Shown here one piece after another: positions 40,831-51,167 of a DNA stretch of 64,000 nucleotides (its first letter is position 1; each line of letters opens with the position of its first letter). Source of the stretch: Methanotrichaceae archaeon (GTDB lineage: Archaea; Halobacteriota; Methanosarcinia; Methanotrichales; Methanotrichaceae); assembly GCA_963803145.1 (NCBI GenBank), contig CAWDLW010000015.1:361733-425732 (forward strand). The letters are read 5' to 3'. The position numbers and the translations under genes are program-made. The notes below the pieces were generated by a model. That model worked only from the letters and a program-made list of their open reading frames with translations, searched no databases and was not told the origin of the DNA.

Positions 40831-40860
40831 GCTTGCCAGGATAGCCCTCATGTTACTTCA

Positions 40861-40890
40861 AATTTCTGATTATGTCTCAAATCAGAAATT
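40861..40890. other. Perfect 11-8-11 inverted repeat, candidate recombination or operator site
   Basis: AATTTCTGATT-atgtctca-AATCAGAAATT, 30 bp upstream of the recombinase relic. Confidence 0.55.
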
Positions 40891-41207
40891 ATTATCGATA
40901 GCAGCGAGTTGATATGCCCGAAGATGCATCATGGTATGTATGGGATTATATAAAGATATCACCAAAGGTAGCAATTATGCATTTTAATTTTGGCAGTCAT
41001 TTTTATGTGAATCTACACTGGCTCTTAGGTTCTATAATCCCATGTTCTCGAGAGAGGGACCAAAACTTATTTGTATGGAAAGATGCAAATTAATGCGAAT
41101 ATAAATGATGTTTTGGCGAGGACGAAGAAATAAAAGTGCCAAATGCCTCCCATATCATCTTTCTCGCCAGACCATTTCTAAGAAAGACGACAAGAAGGGA
41201 GATAAAT

Positions 41208-41348
41208 ATGGATGAGAAAGTATTATTAAAAGCACTGTTTGTAGTTGTAGGTGTGGTGGCATTGGTCTATTGGGGAGTCCCTTTGGGAGTACTTGTATTC
41301 CTTGCCTGCGCTATTGGGCTGTATCTAACAGACAAGGGAAAACTTTGA
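41208..41348 (+). CDS. Small two-TM membrane protein
   Basis: GGAG RBS, MDEKVLLKALFVVVGVVALVYWGVPLGVLVFLACAIGLYL. Confidence 0.55.
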   Translation: MDEKVLLKALFVVVGVVALVYWGVPLGVLVFLACAIGLYLTDKGKL

Positions 41349-41705
41349 AAATGAGCCAAAGACAGAAGGCTAGCGGAGTTGTTAGGGCTACCTATATAAA
41401 TTATTTTAATTAAATCATTTAAGATCTGCACGTATTATCAACTCTTTTGAATATTATATCTCCACGCAATCATAAAATCTGGAGCGTAAAGGCACGCCTT
41501 TGAGGATCGGAAAGAGATTTATAAAATGTTTCTCTAGTTTTTGAGATCCGAAAAATGAAGAAATAATTTTACAGGTTATACATATCTATGGTGTCTGGGA
41601 TGGTTTGAAATTGCATTTATATTGTTATTGATTTGCGTAGCTAACGTTCGCGGAAATACGCCCTTTCTATGGCTTCTTTAAGCTTCTAAGAGGTATCCAG
41701 CCTAT

Positions 41706-42149
41706 TCAATAGTATCCAATCAGGTAACGATTCATGAACTGAACAATATCCTGAAGCATAGATTTTAGTGCATAGAGATATGCTCGTCTAGATAAATCCT
41801 GTTCTTGTTGTGCCATTGTATCTACTTTGTTGCTAATATCATTAATTTGAGCCTGTTGGCTAATTAGTTGTTGTTGTGTAGATGGCGGTATCGTGCTCAT
41901 TGGGGAAGAGGGGGGTAATTTCGTGCTAATTGGGGTGGACGGTCCTGAATACGCTATATTTGGTTCCGAATACCCTATACTAATTGTAGACAGCCCTTCA
42001 TCGGAAGGCGTAGAGGATGCCGGGCATTGGCCTCCATTTTGGCACGTACAACTAGGAATACCACAGCCACATGTACAATCACCTTGGGCTGTGGATAGCG
42101 ATGCTGCTATAAGACATAATATTATTGCAGCTACTTCAATAAAGCGCAA
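41706..42149 (-). CDS. Secreted protein with Cys-rich N-terminus and coiled coil
   Basis: Signal peptide, CTCGCGIPSCTCQNGGQC, S/P/T linker, Q-rich coil; GGAGG RBS. Confidence 0.75.
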   Translation of the reverse strand: MRFIEVAAIILCLIAASLSTAQGDCTCGCGIPSCTCQNGGQCPASSTPSDEGLSTISIGYSEPNIAYSGPSTPISTKLPPSSPMSTIPPSTQQQLISQQAQINDISNKVDTMAQQEQDLSRRAYLYALKSMLQDIVQFMNRYLIGYY

Positions 42150-42379
42150 TTTGTTCCCTCCTTATTTTTCCATCTTTAGTGTTAATCCCCCGTTTATTAA
42201 GATAAATACCTTGAGGTGTTAAGTGCGGGGTTTTCATTCCCCACACATATTAGCATATACAGAACCGGCATCAATAGGCCAGGTCTTAAATGGCGGCCTG
42301 ATGGTTACCAGTAAGCCTATCACAACGCTCCTTTGGCGTTAATTTTATCCTGAAGCATCAACCATAGCATTAAGATGCC

Positions 42380-42643
42380 ATGAACCCAGAGGCCATCTTG
42401 GCAGTTCTTCCTGACAACAAAGAGGATGCCCTATCCATGAAAGAGATTGCTCTCGCGTTGGGCCTGGATATTTCTTCCTATACTGCAGCGGGCAGAACAA
42501 AGCGCCAGCTTTCCAGAACCCTCAGGTCATTAATAAAATGGGGATGGGTGGGTTGCGATCGAAGACAGGGCGAGAACGGCCATAAATTCTGGCATAATGC
42601 ATACTGGAAAACAGAGCCGACAAAGCAACCAAGATCACCTTAG
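42380..42643 (+). CDS. Small winged-HTH-like protein
   Basis: ALSMKEIALALG...LSRTLRSLIKWGWV...YWK. Confidence 0.6.
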   Translation: MNPEAILAVLPDNKEDALSMKEIALALGLDISSYTAAGRTKRQLSRTLRSLIKWGWVGCDRRQGENGHKFWHNAYWKTEPTKQPRSP

Positions 42644-43047
42644 AACTTCATATCCCCTTCATAGATCTGAGCGCCCAAACTTGTTGCTTCCTCTACTGCT
42701 GCCGAGTCCTTCATGAGGAATATCCTCTCGTTCGCTATTTCTTTGGTGGCAACCGAGTTTTTCAGGATCTCAGCATATTGGGCCTTCTTCGGAAGCTTAA
42801 CCATATAGTCCTTCAGGTCCTCTACTAGGTCATAATCAAAGCCATTACGTTCGAGGAGCTTGAGGGCATTGTTTCTCGCGCCAACGCTCTTGAACTCGAA
42901 GCGATACTGGTTCTTATTGTAGTGATCCAGCAACGCTTCAAATAGCTCCCTGTTCTCGAAAAAGTACTTGAAGATCCAGAGCTTGCCTACTTTGAATAAA
43001 TTAACATGTTTGCGCTTTTCGATAACTTCAAAGGTGCTTGCGCTCAT
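42640..43047 (-). CDS. Hypothetical protein (135 aa)
   Basis: Clean ORF with protein-like composition, downstream of the TPR gene. Confidence 0.7.
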   Translation of the reverse strand: MSASTFEVIEKRKHVNLFKVGKLWIFKYFFENRELFEALLDHYNKNQYRFEFKSVGARNNALKLLERNGFDYDLVEDLKDYMVKLPKKAQYAEILKNSVATKEIANERIFLMKDSAAVEEATSLGAQIYEGDMKF

Positions 43048-43101
43048 ATGGTTTTATCCCTCAATCTCTTCTTTACGGATCTCAATTCATGGAAGCTGGG
43101 G

Positions 43102-43791
43102 TCAGCCTGTATATCCCAGCTCCTTGGCTTTGGCAAAGGCTGCATTAGCTTCTGTATTACGACCGAGAGCCTGAAGAGTAACACCTTTGCCATACCAGGC
43201 CTTCGCATACTGTGGATTAAGCTCGGTAGCCTTATCAAATGCCTGAATAGCTTCATCGTATTTGCCCTGATTACCGAGAGCAACGCCTTTGTTGTTCCAC
43301 GCTTCTACATATTGTGGATTAAACTCGATGGCCTTGTCGTAAGCCTGGAGGGCATCATCATACTTGCTCTGATGAAGAAGAGCTTCGCCTTTGTTGTTCC
43401 ATGCTTCTGCATAGCGTGGATTAAGCTCGATGGCCTTGTCGTAAGCCTGAATGGCTTCATCGTATTTGCCCTGATGATAGAGCGCAAGGCCTTTGTTATA
43501 CCATGCATCTTCATAGTTTGGACTCAGCTGGATAGCTTTATCACAAGCCTGGATGGCTTCATCGTACTTACCCTGATCATCGAGCGCAACGCCTTTGTTA
43601 CTCCAGGGATCTGGAAAGCTTGGATTAATCTCTATAGCCTTCTCATAAGCCTGAATGGCTTCATCATACTTACCTTGGCCATATAGAACATTGCCTTTAG
43701 TTAGCCAATCCTCAGCTGTCTGCTGCCCAGAAGCTGATAATAAAATTATCATGATTATCAGATATAATATGATTATTGCCTTTGCTTTCAC
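43102..43791 (-). CDS. Secreted/anchored TPR protein
   Basis: Signal peptide followed by 34-aa repeats WNNKGxALxxQGKYDEAIQAYDKAIE (102-bp DNA repeats). Confidence 0.92.
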   Translation of the reverse strand: MKAKAIIILYLIIMIILLSASGQQTAEDWLTKGNVLYGQGKYDEAIQAYEKAIEINPSFPDPWSNKGVALDDQGKYDEAIQACDKAIQLSPNYEDAWYNKGLALYHQGKYDEAIQAYDKAIELNPRYAEAWNNKGEALLHQSKYDDALQAYDKAIEFNPQYVEAWNNKGVALGNQGKYDEAIQAFDKATELNPQYAKAWYGKGVTLQALGRNTEANAAFAKAKELGYTG

Positions 43792-44029
43792 CGATAAGCT
43801 CCTCCCTTTTGCTTATACAGCGCTTATAATGATAAACATTATGATTTGAAAGCCCAAGTATTTCATTACCCCAACATAACCGATGAACTAGACGAACGTA
43901 GATCATTGAGGTCAAATAACCGAGGGAGAAATCCTGAGACTAGCGATAAAGGCTAGCCGGAGGATCCAACCATATCGAATTTTAGATCATAACACGACTC
44001 AGAGATTACAATCAATGGTAACAAATTAG

Positions 44030-44953
44030 TTACGAAGTACTCTGCGGCAACCCCATTTTTTCGAGGGCTTCTTTAGCCGCATTGCGCACACCTGAATCGT
44101 TATCCTTAAGGGCCTGAATCAATGGTGCAATTGCCCTATGATCTTGAATAGTTCCTAAAGCCATTGCGGCATTTTCTCGGTTATAGGAATCATCATCATC
44201 TTTAAGGGTCTGAGCTAATGGTTCTACGGCTCTGGTATCGTTGATCTTTTCAAGTCCACTTATAGCAAACATTCTAACAATGCTATCATTATCCTTAAGA
44301 GCCTGGATCAATGGTTCTACAGCTCTGGTATCGTTAATCTTTCCTATCGCTGATGCAAAATCCCTTTTAGAGATACCGGTTTCATATCTGAAGGCTTGGG
44401 TCAATGGTTCTATGGATCGTGGATCTTTAATATCGCCGAGAGCATCCGCTGCACATCCTCGGACTTGTGGGTCCTTGTTTTTGAGGGCCTGAATTAATGG
44501 GTCTACAGCTGGAGTCCCAATTACTCCGAGCGCCTTCACAGCATCGCCTCTGAGATTTGTATCTTTATCTTTGAAGGTCTGGATCAATGGATCTACTGCT
44601 AGTACTCCAATCCTCCCAAGAGCATCTAAAGCTGATTGCTGAACATCACTGTTATTATCTCTTAGCTCCTGAATCAATGGCTTTACAACTCGCGGGTCTT
44701 TCAGCCCTCCAAGAGACTCTATGGCATACTCTCTGACATAGAAGTCATCATCCTTAAGAGATTCTATCAAGGGTTCCACTATTCTAGAATCATTGGTTCC
44801 TACGAGCTCCCAAGCAGCATTCTCTCTAATGGTGCTATTATTATCTTTCAGATCTCGGATTAGTAAATCCACATTTTTCGATTGATCTAATCCCATAGTG
44901 GATATACATAATACCGTTAAAGCTATCGAAGTAAGTACAAGCTTAGCTATCAT
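44030..44953 (-). CDS. Secreted HEAT-repeat (PBS lyase-like) protein
   Basis: Signal peptide followed by repeats AVEPLIQALKD...VRxxAAxALG. Confidence 0.92.
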   Translation of the reverse strand: MIAKLVLTSIALTVLCISTMGLDQSKNVDLLIRDLKDNNSTIRENAAWELVGTNDSRIVEPLIESLKDDDFYVREYAIESLGGLKDPRVVKPLIQELRDNNSDVQQSALDALGRIGVLAVDPLIQTFKDKDTNLRGDAVKALGVIGTPAVDPLIQALKNKDPQVRGCAADALGDIKDPRSIEPLTQAFRYETGISKRDFASAIGKINDTRAVEPLIQALKDNDSIVRMFAISGLEKINDTRAVEPLAQTLKDDDDSYNRENAAMALGTIQDHRAIAPLIQALKDNDSGVRNAAKEALEKMGLPQSTS

Positions 44954-45216
44954 TATACCCCTCCAAACCTCTTATCAATTCGTTAGGGCAGTGTTCCATT
45001 AATGCGGTAATTTCACACACATCTGTATCCAAAAACTGTCACCCATTGTCCACCGATAAATACTTTATTCCAGTTATCCACTCTTCTAGCCCTCTCAATC
45101 GCTTATAAGATCATCGGATCAAGATGTTCCGTTCAAAAATCAATAACTACTATGTAGATGATGCCTGTTTACTTGAGCTTCAGAGATTGTTCCCAGAGAT
45201 TTGCACTAATTTTCGT

Positions 45217-45405
45217 TCAATTATCGCCTTTGGCCTTTTCGATAAGTTCTTCCATTTGCTTTTCAAACATTGGGTCCCATCGCCAACTGTCGGGACACCC
45301 TGTAGCTTCCCATCTCACAAAATCCGCTAAATCATCGATGAGAGGGCCGGAACCTTCTTCCAGGTCTTCTAATCGGGCCTCAATGCTCTTTTTCGACCTC
45401 ATCAA
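45217..45405 (-). CDS. Small protein, RLxxLE-leader array member
   Basis: KKSIEARLEDLEE N-terminus; overlaps the upstream ORF. Confidence 0.6.
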   Translation of the reverse strand: MMRSKKSIEARLEDLEEGSGPLIDDLADFVRWEATGCPDSWRWDPMFEKQMEELIEKAKGDN

Positions 45406-45538
45406 GCCACATCAATTGAATAACCTGAGCACCAGGCTCATGGCTATGTGTATCGTCGTACCAAACAAGCTCAACTTTCTCGGGTTTGTCTTGTTGCCTT
45501 TCCAGGTCCTTAATCCGCTTCTCAAGATTGTGCTTCAT
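45380..45538 (-). CDS. Small protein (52 aa), RLxxLE-leader array member
   Basis: Not in track: MKHNLEKRIKDLERQQDKPEKVELVWYDDTHSHEPGAQVIQLMWLDEVEKEH. Confidence 0.6.
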   Translation of the reverse strand: MKHNLEKRIKDLERQQDKPEKVELVWYDDTHSHEPGAQVIQLMWLDEVEKEH

Positions 45539-45655
45539 TTAACCATCGGACACGGCTTTTAGGGACCATTCGCTTAATCAAAGGGCCGTCATCCCATTGA
45601 AAAGAAAATAGTATAAGTTCTTCCTGGGTATTCTCCAGCGCTGCCAACCTCCGAT

Positions 45656-45880
45656 TTAGGTTATCTGCCTGCATCTCATGGCCTCCAGCTCAGCAAAGTA
45701 CGGCTCGTATTCCAAGTATGTCTTAACATCGGGATCGTCGGCATCCAAAGGCAGACCGGTATCCATCGCTTCGTAGATCTCCTCATATCTCGCCATGCGT
45801 GCAAAAAGATCAGAGCGAGGCAAGTGAGCTTTCGTCTTGGCTTCAAGCTTCTCAAGCCTAGTTTTAAGTGTATCTCTCAT
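45656..45880 (-). CDS. Small protein, RLxxLE-leader array member
   Basis: MRDTLKTRLEKLEAK. Confidence 0.65.
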   Translation of the reverse strand: MRDTLKTRLEKLEAKTKAHLPRSDLFARMARYEEIYEAMDTGLPLDADDPDVKTYLEYEPYFAELEAMRCRQIT

Positions 45881-45950
45881 AAATCTCTCTCAATTTGATC
45901 CCTTTGGCCTCTAGGGCTACAAGCCTGCTCAGTCTTTTGGACAGGTCCAT
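45864..45950 (-). CDS. 28-aa ORF or remnant, RLxxLE-leader array member
   Basis: Not in track: MDLSKRLSRLVALEAKGIKLREIYERYT. Confidence 0.4.
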   Translation of the reverse strand: MDLSKRLSRLVALEAKGIKLREIYERYT

Positions 45951-45975
45951 ATTTGGTCTCCAAGTCATCAGGACT

Positions 45976-46308
45976 CTACCTTCCAGCAATCGTCTCAGCT
46001 CTATCAAGCTCCACATCAGTCAGGCTTTCTACAAATGCACAGCAAGGGCAGTCCATCACGCCGTTCTGCATCAAAGCTAGAATCACGGCCTCTCTAGCTT
46101 CAGGAAACTCATGGATAGCATCGAAAACAGTTGCGGCAAGATCATAATCTCTATCATTATTGCGCCTGGCTTGAAGCTGAGCAATTAAGGCTTCCTTTGC
46201 TTTTGGATAAACATCGAGAGCTTGCACAATGGCCGTTCGAATATTGGGCCAATTATCTTCGATTTGCTCAAGGGCGTCGATTCGTTTCGTTAGGTTGTTA
46301 AGTCTCAT
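45976..46308 (-). CDS. Small protein with internal helical repeat, RLxxLE-leader array member
   Basis: NNLTKRIDALEQ; repeats AIVQALDVYPKAKEALI and TVFDAIHEFPEAREAVI. Confidence 0.65.
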   Translation of the reverse strand: MRLNNLTKRIDALEQIEDNWPNIRTAIVQALDVYPKAKEALIAQLQARRNNDRDYDLAATVFDAIHEFPEAREAVILALMQNGVMDCPCCAFVESLTDVELDRAETIAGR

Positions 46309-46568
46309 TGAGCAGTCTCATGGATAGATCCATATTTGGCCTCCAGCCCTTCCAGAAAAGTAATCTCTTCAGTAGTCAGCTTATCCCTATCGCCATCTAT
46401 TCTCTCAATAATCACGCCCAAACGGCGCAACTCATCAGTTGTACACTTAGATAGTAACTCCCTCTGCCTTCTGGCTTCCAGCTCTTCAAGAGACGGCATT
46501 TCACTTTCCAGGGCCTCCAGCCTTCGGGATAGAGCATTATGCTTCATAGATCTCCTTACAGGCTGCAA
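46305..46568 (-). CDS. Small protein, RLxxLE-leader array member
   Basis: MKHNALSRRLEALESE; ATGA-coupled to the next ORF. Confidence 0.65.
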   Translation of the reverse strand: MQPVRRSMKHNALSRRLEALESEMPSLEELEARRQRELLSKCTTDELRRLGVIIERIDGDRDKLTTEEITFLEGLEAKYGSIHETAQ

Positions 46569-46644
46569 TGACCATCTCAGTTAGGCCACTGTGATTATTA
46601 TCTGCTCTAGCCCACAGTTTGGCAAGATAGAAAAATTGCAGAAA

Positions 46645-49600
46645 TTAGCTCTGGTTTACCCTGAATTTCGGGTATTTATCCCTCTCTGTAGAGAACTCAA
46701 GCACAGGTAAATCATCAGTGTTTATTTCATTCACATCTTTAACATATTTATCGATATCTGTGGGACCTCTCCTGTAATAAGAAACTAGGAAGTCGTAGTT
46801 TCTCTTGCCAGGATCATAATGATCGTAATTATCATAGGTGAAACGGTATTCCCTTCCTGAGCATTTTATAGTCCGGTTGAAATCTTCATCTACCTTCTTG
46901 GAGGAGAGCCTTGATTTATTTAAATCCCTATTGATATCGTAATTTTTGGCAGATGCAAGTACTATCTTATCGCCGCCGAGGTCGAATTCGTAAATGTACG
47001 GAAATACGGAGTGAATGGTTTTGATTGCTATCATATAGTCATGCTCATCCATCTCGTAGCGAGGGAACCATTGTGAGAAGATCCCTCCATCACTGAGATG
47101 AGCTCTTGCCATCTCATAGAATTCCTTTGTGAAAAGGTTCGAAACTCCCGATACCCAGATGTTTGGCGGCTCAGAGATGATCACATCGTATTTCTTATCT
47201 GTCGAGAAGATGAAGTTCCTTCCATCAGCGATGATGACATTGGTCCTGGAATCATTTAGGCAATGATCGTTGTAATCTGCTAACACTGTTCTGCATGCCT
47301 CGACAACCTCCGGGTCTATCTCTACTACATCTACTGATTCGACCTCATTGTAGGTCAGGATTGAGCTCAAGCTGAATGCTCCGCCCATCCCGATATTGAG
47401 CACTCGTTTTGGGCTACTGTGTAGGGAGATCGGCAGATAGCTGAGCAGACCTTGGGTATCCATATCGAGCAGAGATGCATCGGTCTTCCCGTTATTCTTG
47501 AGCCAGACATTTATGCGGTCACGGAAAACAGTGACAACCCCATAAGGAGAGTTGGCCTCAAACAGAAGTTGTGTATTATCTCCGGGATTGTCCTGAAATA
47601 TGCCGGACTCGTTCGAATATCTGACCCCCTGGTAGTAGACTCCGTTGTACAGGTAATCAGGCTGGCAGTAAGCGATAAGGGATATACAGCTAAGAAGGAT
47701 AATTGCAGTGCAAAGCATCATAGCATCCTTTTTTCTCTTCCTGGATAGGTCGTCTGTAAAACGATAGAGGAGCGATAAAGCTATTATAATAGGACTTACG
47801 CATTTGCCGGAACTTTCTTATAATATGGAGTTTATATTAAATGAGAAATGAGCTGGAGAAAGAGGCATTGAATCCGGCTAAATGCGATGATCTAGATTAC
47901 ATTCACTTTCTAATTGCATCGATGGATGTTTTTTCCTGCACCGAAGCAGCTAGATGTCAGTTACCACGGGAAAATAATCCATCACATGATGCATTTACCC
48001 GTCTATTACAAAGACAGCCTCCTGATACGGAAGCGTTATGGGATGAGGTTAAGAAATTCATCGGCACCCAAGACTGTTTCTTAATTCTTGACGATACAAC
48101 ATTGGACAAACCCTATGCCAAAAAGATGGATTTAGTCTATCCCCTTTGGAGCGGAAAGCATCATAAAGTAGTAGAAGGAATCAATATTACTACATTGCTT
48201 TGGACGGATGGGACTCCAATAATTCCAGTTGATTTTCGAGTCTATGATAAAGATACTGATGGCAAATCAAAGAACAATCATTTTCGCGATATGTTGAGTA
48301 AAGCAAACGAACGTGGATTCAAGCCTGATTTTGTTCTTTTTGATAGCTGGTACTCTGGAATAGATAATCTCAAAGCATTAAGGAAATTCGGTTGGCATTG
48401 GTTTACTAGGTTGAAGAAAAATAGATTAGTAAATCCTGATGATACTAAGAATATACCAATTGAGGAAATAGAGATCCCACCACAAGGCAGAATTGTGCAT
48501 TTGAAGGCTTACGGTTTTATAAAAGTATTCAAGATTGTCTCCGATGATGGTGACATCGAATACTGGGCGACTGATTCATTGAAAATGAAAGAAACGAGGC
48601 GAAAAGTATTAAGTAAGCATTCTTGGAAAATCGAAGAATATCACAGAGGGATTAAACAATTCTGCGGAGTTGAGCGCTGTCAAGCAAGAAAAAGTCAGTC
48701 TCAGAGAGCACATATCTCTTTCTCTATTAGAGCATTTCTCAGATTGGAGCTAAATCGACTTATCAAGGGCATAAGTTGGTTTGAAAGTAAGCGTAGAATT
48801 ATTAGAAACGCTATTAGCACATACAGAGAATATCCCGATTTCTTATGGTTTATGGGCTCAACTGCGTAAGTCCTATATAATATAGATCGTGCCTGCGAGG
48901 ATGGATGAATAGGTGAGGCCGATGAGCGGTATAATTATGAAGCCTGATATGAACGCTCCAAAGATAGAGCCAAAGGAGTTTACTGAATAAAGCTTTCCCA
49001 AATCAGTACCGCTCTTATCTGCGGATACATATGCCGCTGATAGGAGGGAAAGTGTTGTGCCCATCAGCATTGTAGGTACCAGAATTATAGCAAAGCAGAC
49101 TAGAAACAATAGAAGCATAAAGCTGGAGTAGAGACTTGTATGGAAATAGATGTAGAGGAACCACTTTTCCATCGCAGGGAATGCTATTACCAGCAGCATG
49201 CCTGCTGTGCCTATCACCAGCTCTACAAAGGCAAGCGCTGCGAACTTATTCCTTATCTTATCGGCATATGCACTGGCAATGATGCTTCCTATTCCAAGTC
49301 CCGCCAGGAAGGTGGCAAGCACAGTTGCAAACGATTGCGTAGAGCTTCCATAAATCAGCGCTATATACCTCGTCCAGATAACTTCGAACATCAGAGCGGC
49401 GAAGCCTGATAGGAAAAATAGAACGAGTATCATATTATTTTGTGAAATCTGTGTTTTCCCTTTCGTCTCCGGTTCAGGCAATGATTCAGCTAGCGAGTCT
49501 CCCCTGAAAGCTATTAGGCATATAATGCCAAAACTGACATTGAGCACAGATGCCATGACCGATACCTGGAAAAGGCCAAATATGGCGATAAGGAAGAAGC

Positions 49601-50201
49601 CGGTCAGCAAAGCGCCAATGGCTCCTCCCAGAGTATCGAACATATATGCTGTGCCGACGCTTTTGCCCATGGCCTTAAGTTCGCTATAATATAGCTTGCC
49701 TACTGTAGGAAAAATGATGCCGATAAGGAATGTCGGCACTATCAGTATCATGAAAGAGAGAGCAAAAAGTGCTGAGTTGAACAGCATGAGGTTGCCGCTA
49801 AATAGGTTGTATATATAAAAATAAGGATGCCTCACCTGATCCAGCATAAAAAGTGTTGCAAGGCAGGACAGACCTATCAGGATCTCGATAAAGGCGAGGA
49901 AATTGTATTTCTTCTCTATTCTGTCGATTATTCTGCCTCCAGAGAGGGAACCCATCGCCAAGCCCGCCATGAATGTGGCAAGGACGGTAGTGATTGCGAA
50001 CGCAGAGGTGCCGAAGATGAATGAGAGCTCTCTTCCCCAAACGACCTCATAAACAAGAGACGAGAAGGATGTTATCAGAAGAATCACAAGCAACAGCCTG
50101 GTTCTCCAGCTTCCTTTTAAAGCGCATGATGAGGAACGGCTAAACCTGATACAAGAAGAACTTGGATCTCCCACAAACCCAAATACTCGCTCGCATCCCA
50201 A
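46645..50201 (-). pseudogene. Fused membrane-domain/spermidine synthase-like protein interrupted by IS701
   Basis: Membrane half (YEVVWGRELSFIFG) and catalytic half (VLNIGMGG, VEIDP, DGRNF, DVIISEP); removing the IS rejoins GTIYIIIALSLLY in frame. Confidence 0.9.
47790..48875 (+). mobile_element. IS701-family element, 5-bp TSD TATAA; transposase 47841-48869
   Basis: IRs TAGGACTTACGCA/TGCGTAAGTCCTA; ILDDTTLDKPY, FDSWY, WKIEEYHRGIKQ. Confidence 0.93.
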
Positions 50202-50359
50202 ATGAGCTTTCCGCCTATAATAAACCGACCAAGCCGCTTGAACTTTGCTATCAATTAATGATTGTTTTATTACATATACCCATATACCTGTGGGAAGATT
50301 TTATACAATCTTTCAGAAAGGTATTTAACTATTAAACTAAATGATTTTTGGGGTAAGTC

Positions 50360-50812
50360 ATGTTCCAAAGAATCTTGATAGCATCGGATGGATCGAAGCA
50401 CGCAGAGTTTGCAGCCAGAGTTGGTGTTGAATTAGCCAAAATGTCTGGAGGAAAGGTTACAGCAGTATATGTAGTAGATAAAGCCAGAACCATTGGTTCT
50501 ATTGGCGAATCTGGCTACGATGTTGCTCCTGATGTAGCCGACGGCACCAGGCTTGGGCTGCAGAAAGAGGGGAAAAATGCGGTTAGCTATATTGAAAATC
50601 TGGCTAAATCATCAGGCGTTAGTGTTGAATCAAAAATTTTAGTTGGGAGTCCAGCCGACGCGATCCTGAACGCATCAGAGAAAGACCTTATAGATTCAAT
50701 AGTCATAGGCAGTATAGGTCAGACAGGCATTACTAAGTTCTTGCTCGGCAGCGTTGCCGAAAAGGTAGTCCGCGGCTCTAAAATCCCTGTAATAGTAGTT
50801 CCTGGCGCATAA
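50360..50812 (+). CDS. Universal stress protein (UspA family)
   Basis: ILIASDGS, GSPADAI, IVIGSIG, LLGSVAEKVV. Confidence 0.93.
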   Translation: MFQRILIASDGSKHAEFAARVGVELAKMSGGKVTAVYVVDKARTIGSIGESGYDVAPDVADGTRLGLQKEGKNAVSYIENLAKSSGVSVESKILVGSPADAILNASEKDLIDSIVIGSIGQTGITKFLLGSVAEKVVRGSKIPVIVVPGA

Positions 50813-50870
50813 AAGCAATAGCTCAAAGATAACTGCGATAGGAGTTGTGCTAATACATTAGGTGGTGATA

Positions 50871-51149
50871 TTATCCACCCGCCACCGGTGGAAGTATCGC
50901 TACCTCATCGCCTTCGCCAAGTATAGTTCTCAAGCCCTGCAAAGACTCGATATTCTTCCTGTTTTTCATAATAATAACATACTCTCTGATATTGCCCGCC
51001 TCATCGAAGATGGCGGTTCTGAGATTCTGGTGGTTAGATATGAGGCTCTGCAGAAGATCCCCTGTCGTGGACCCTTCCTTGATTTCCATATCAAAATCCC
51101 TTCCTAGGATCTCCCTAAAGTTTGCGAACGCTCTGATGTGTACCTTCAT
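50871..51149 (-). CDS. moaD: Ubiquitin-like sulfur carrier (MoaD/SAMP family)
   Basis: FANFRE N-terminus, GDEVAILPPVAGG C-terminus. Confidence 0.9.
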   Translation of the reverse strand: MKVHIRAFANFREILGRDFDMEIKEGSTTGDLLQSLISNHQNLRTAIFDEAGNIREYVIIMKNRKNIESLQGLRTILGEGDEVAILPPVAGG

Positions 51150-51167
51150 ATTGATCTTCCAAGTGGT

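Noticed and set aside
43006-43686. 226-aa hydrophobic repetitive ORF on the + strand
   Set aside because: Antisense shadow of the TPR gene's 102-bp repeats
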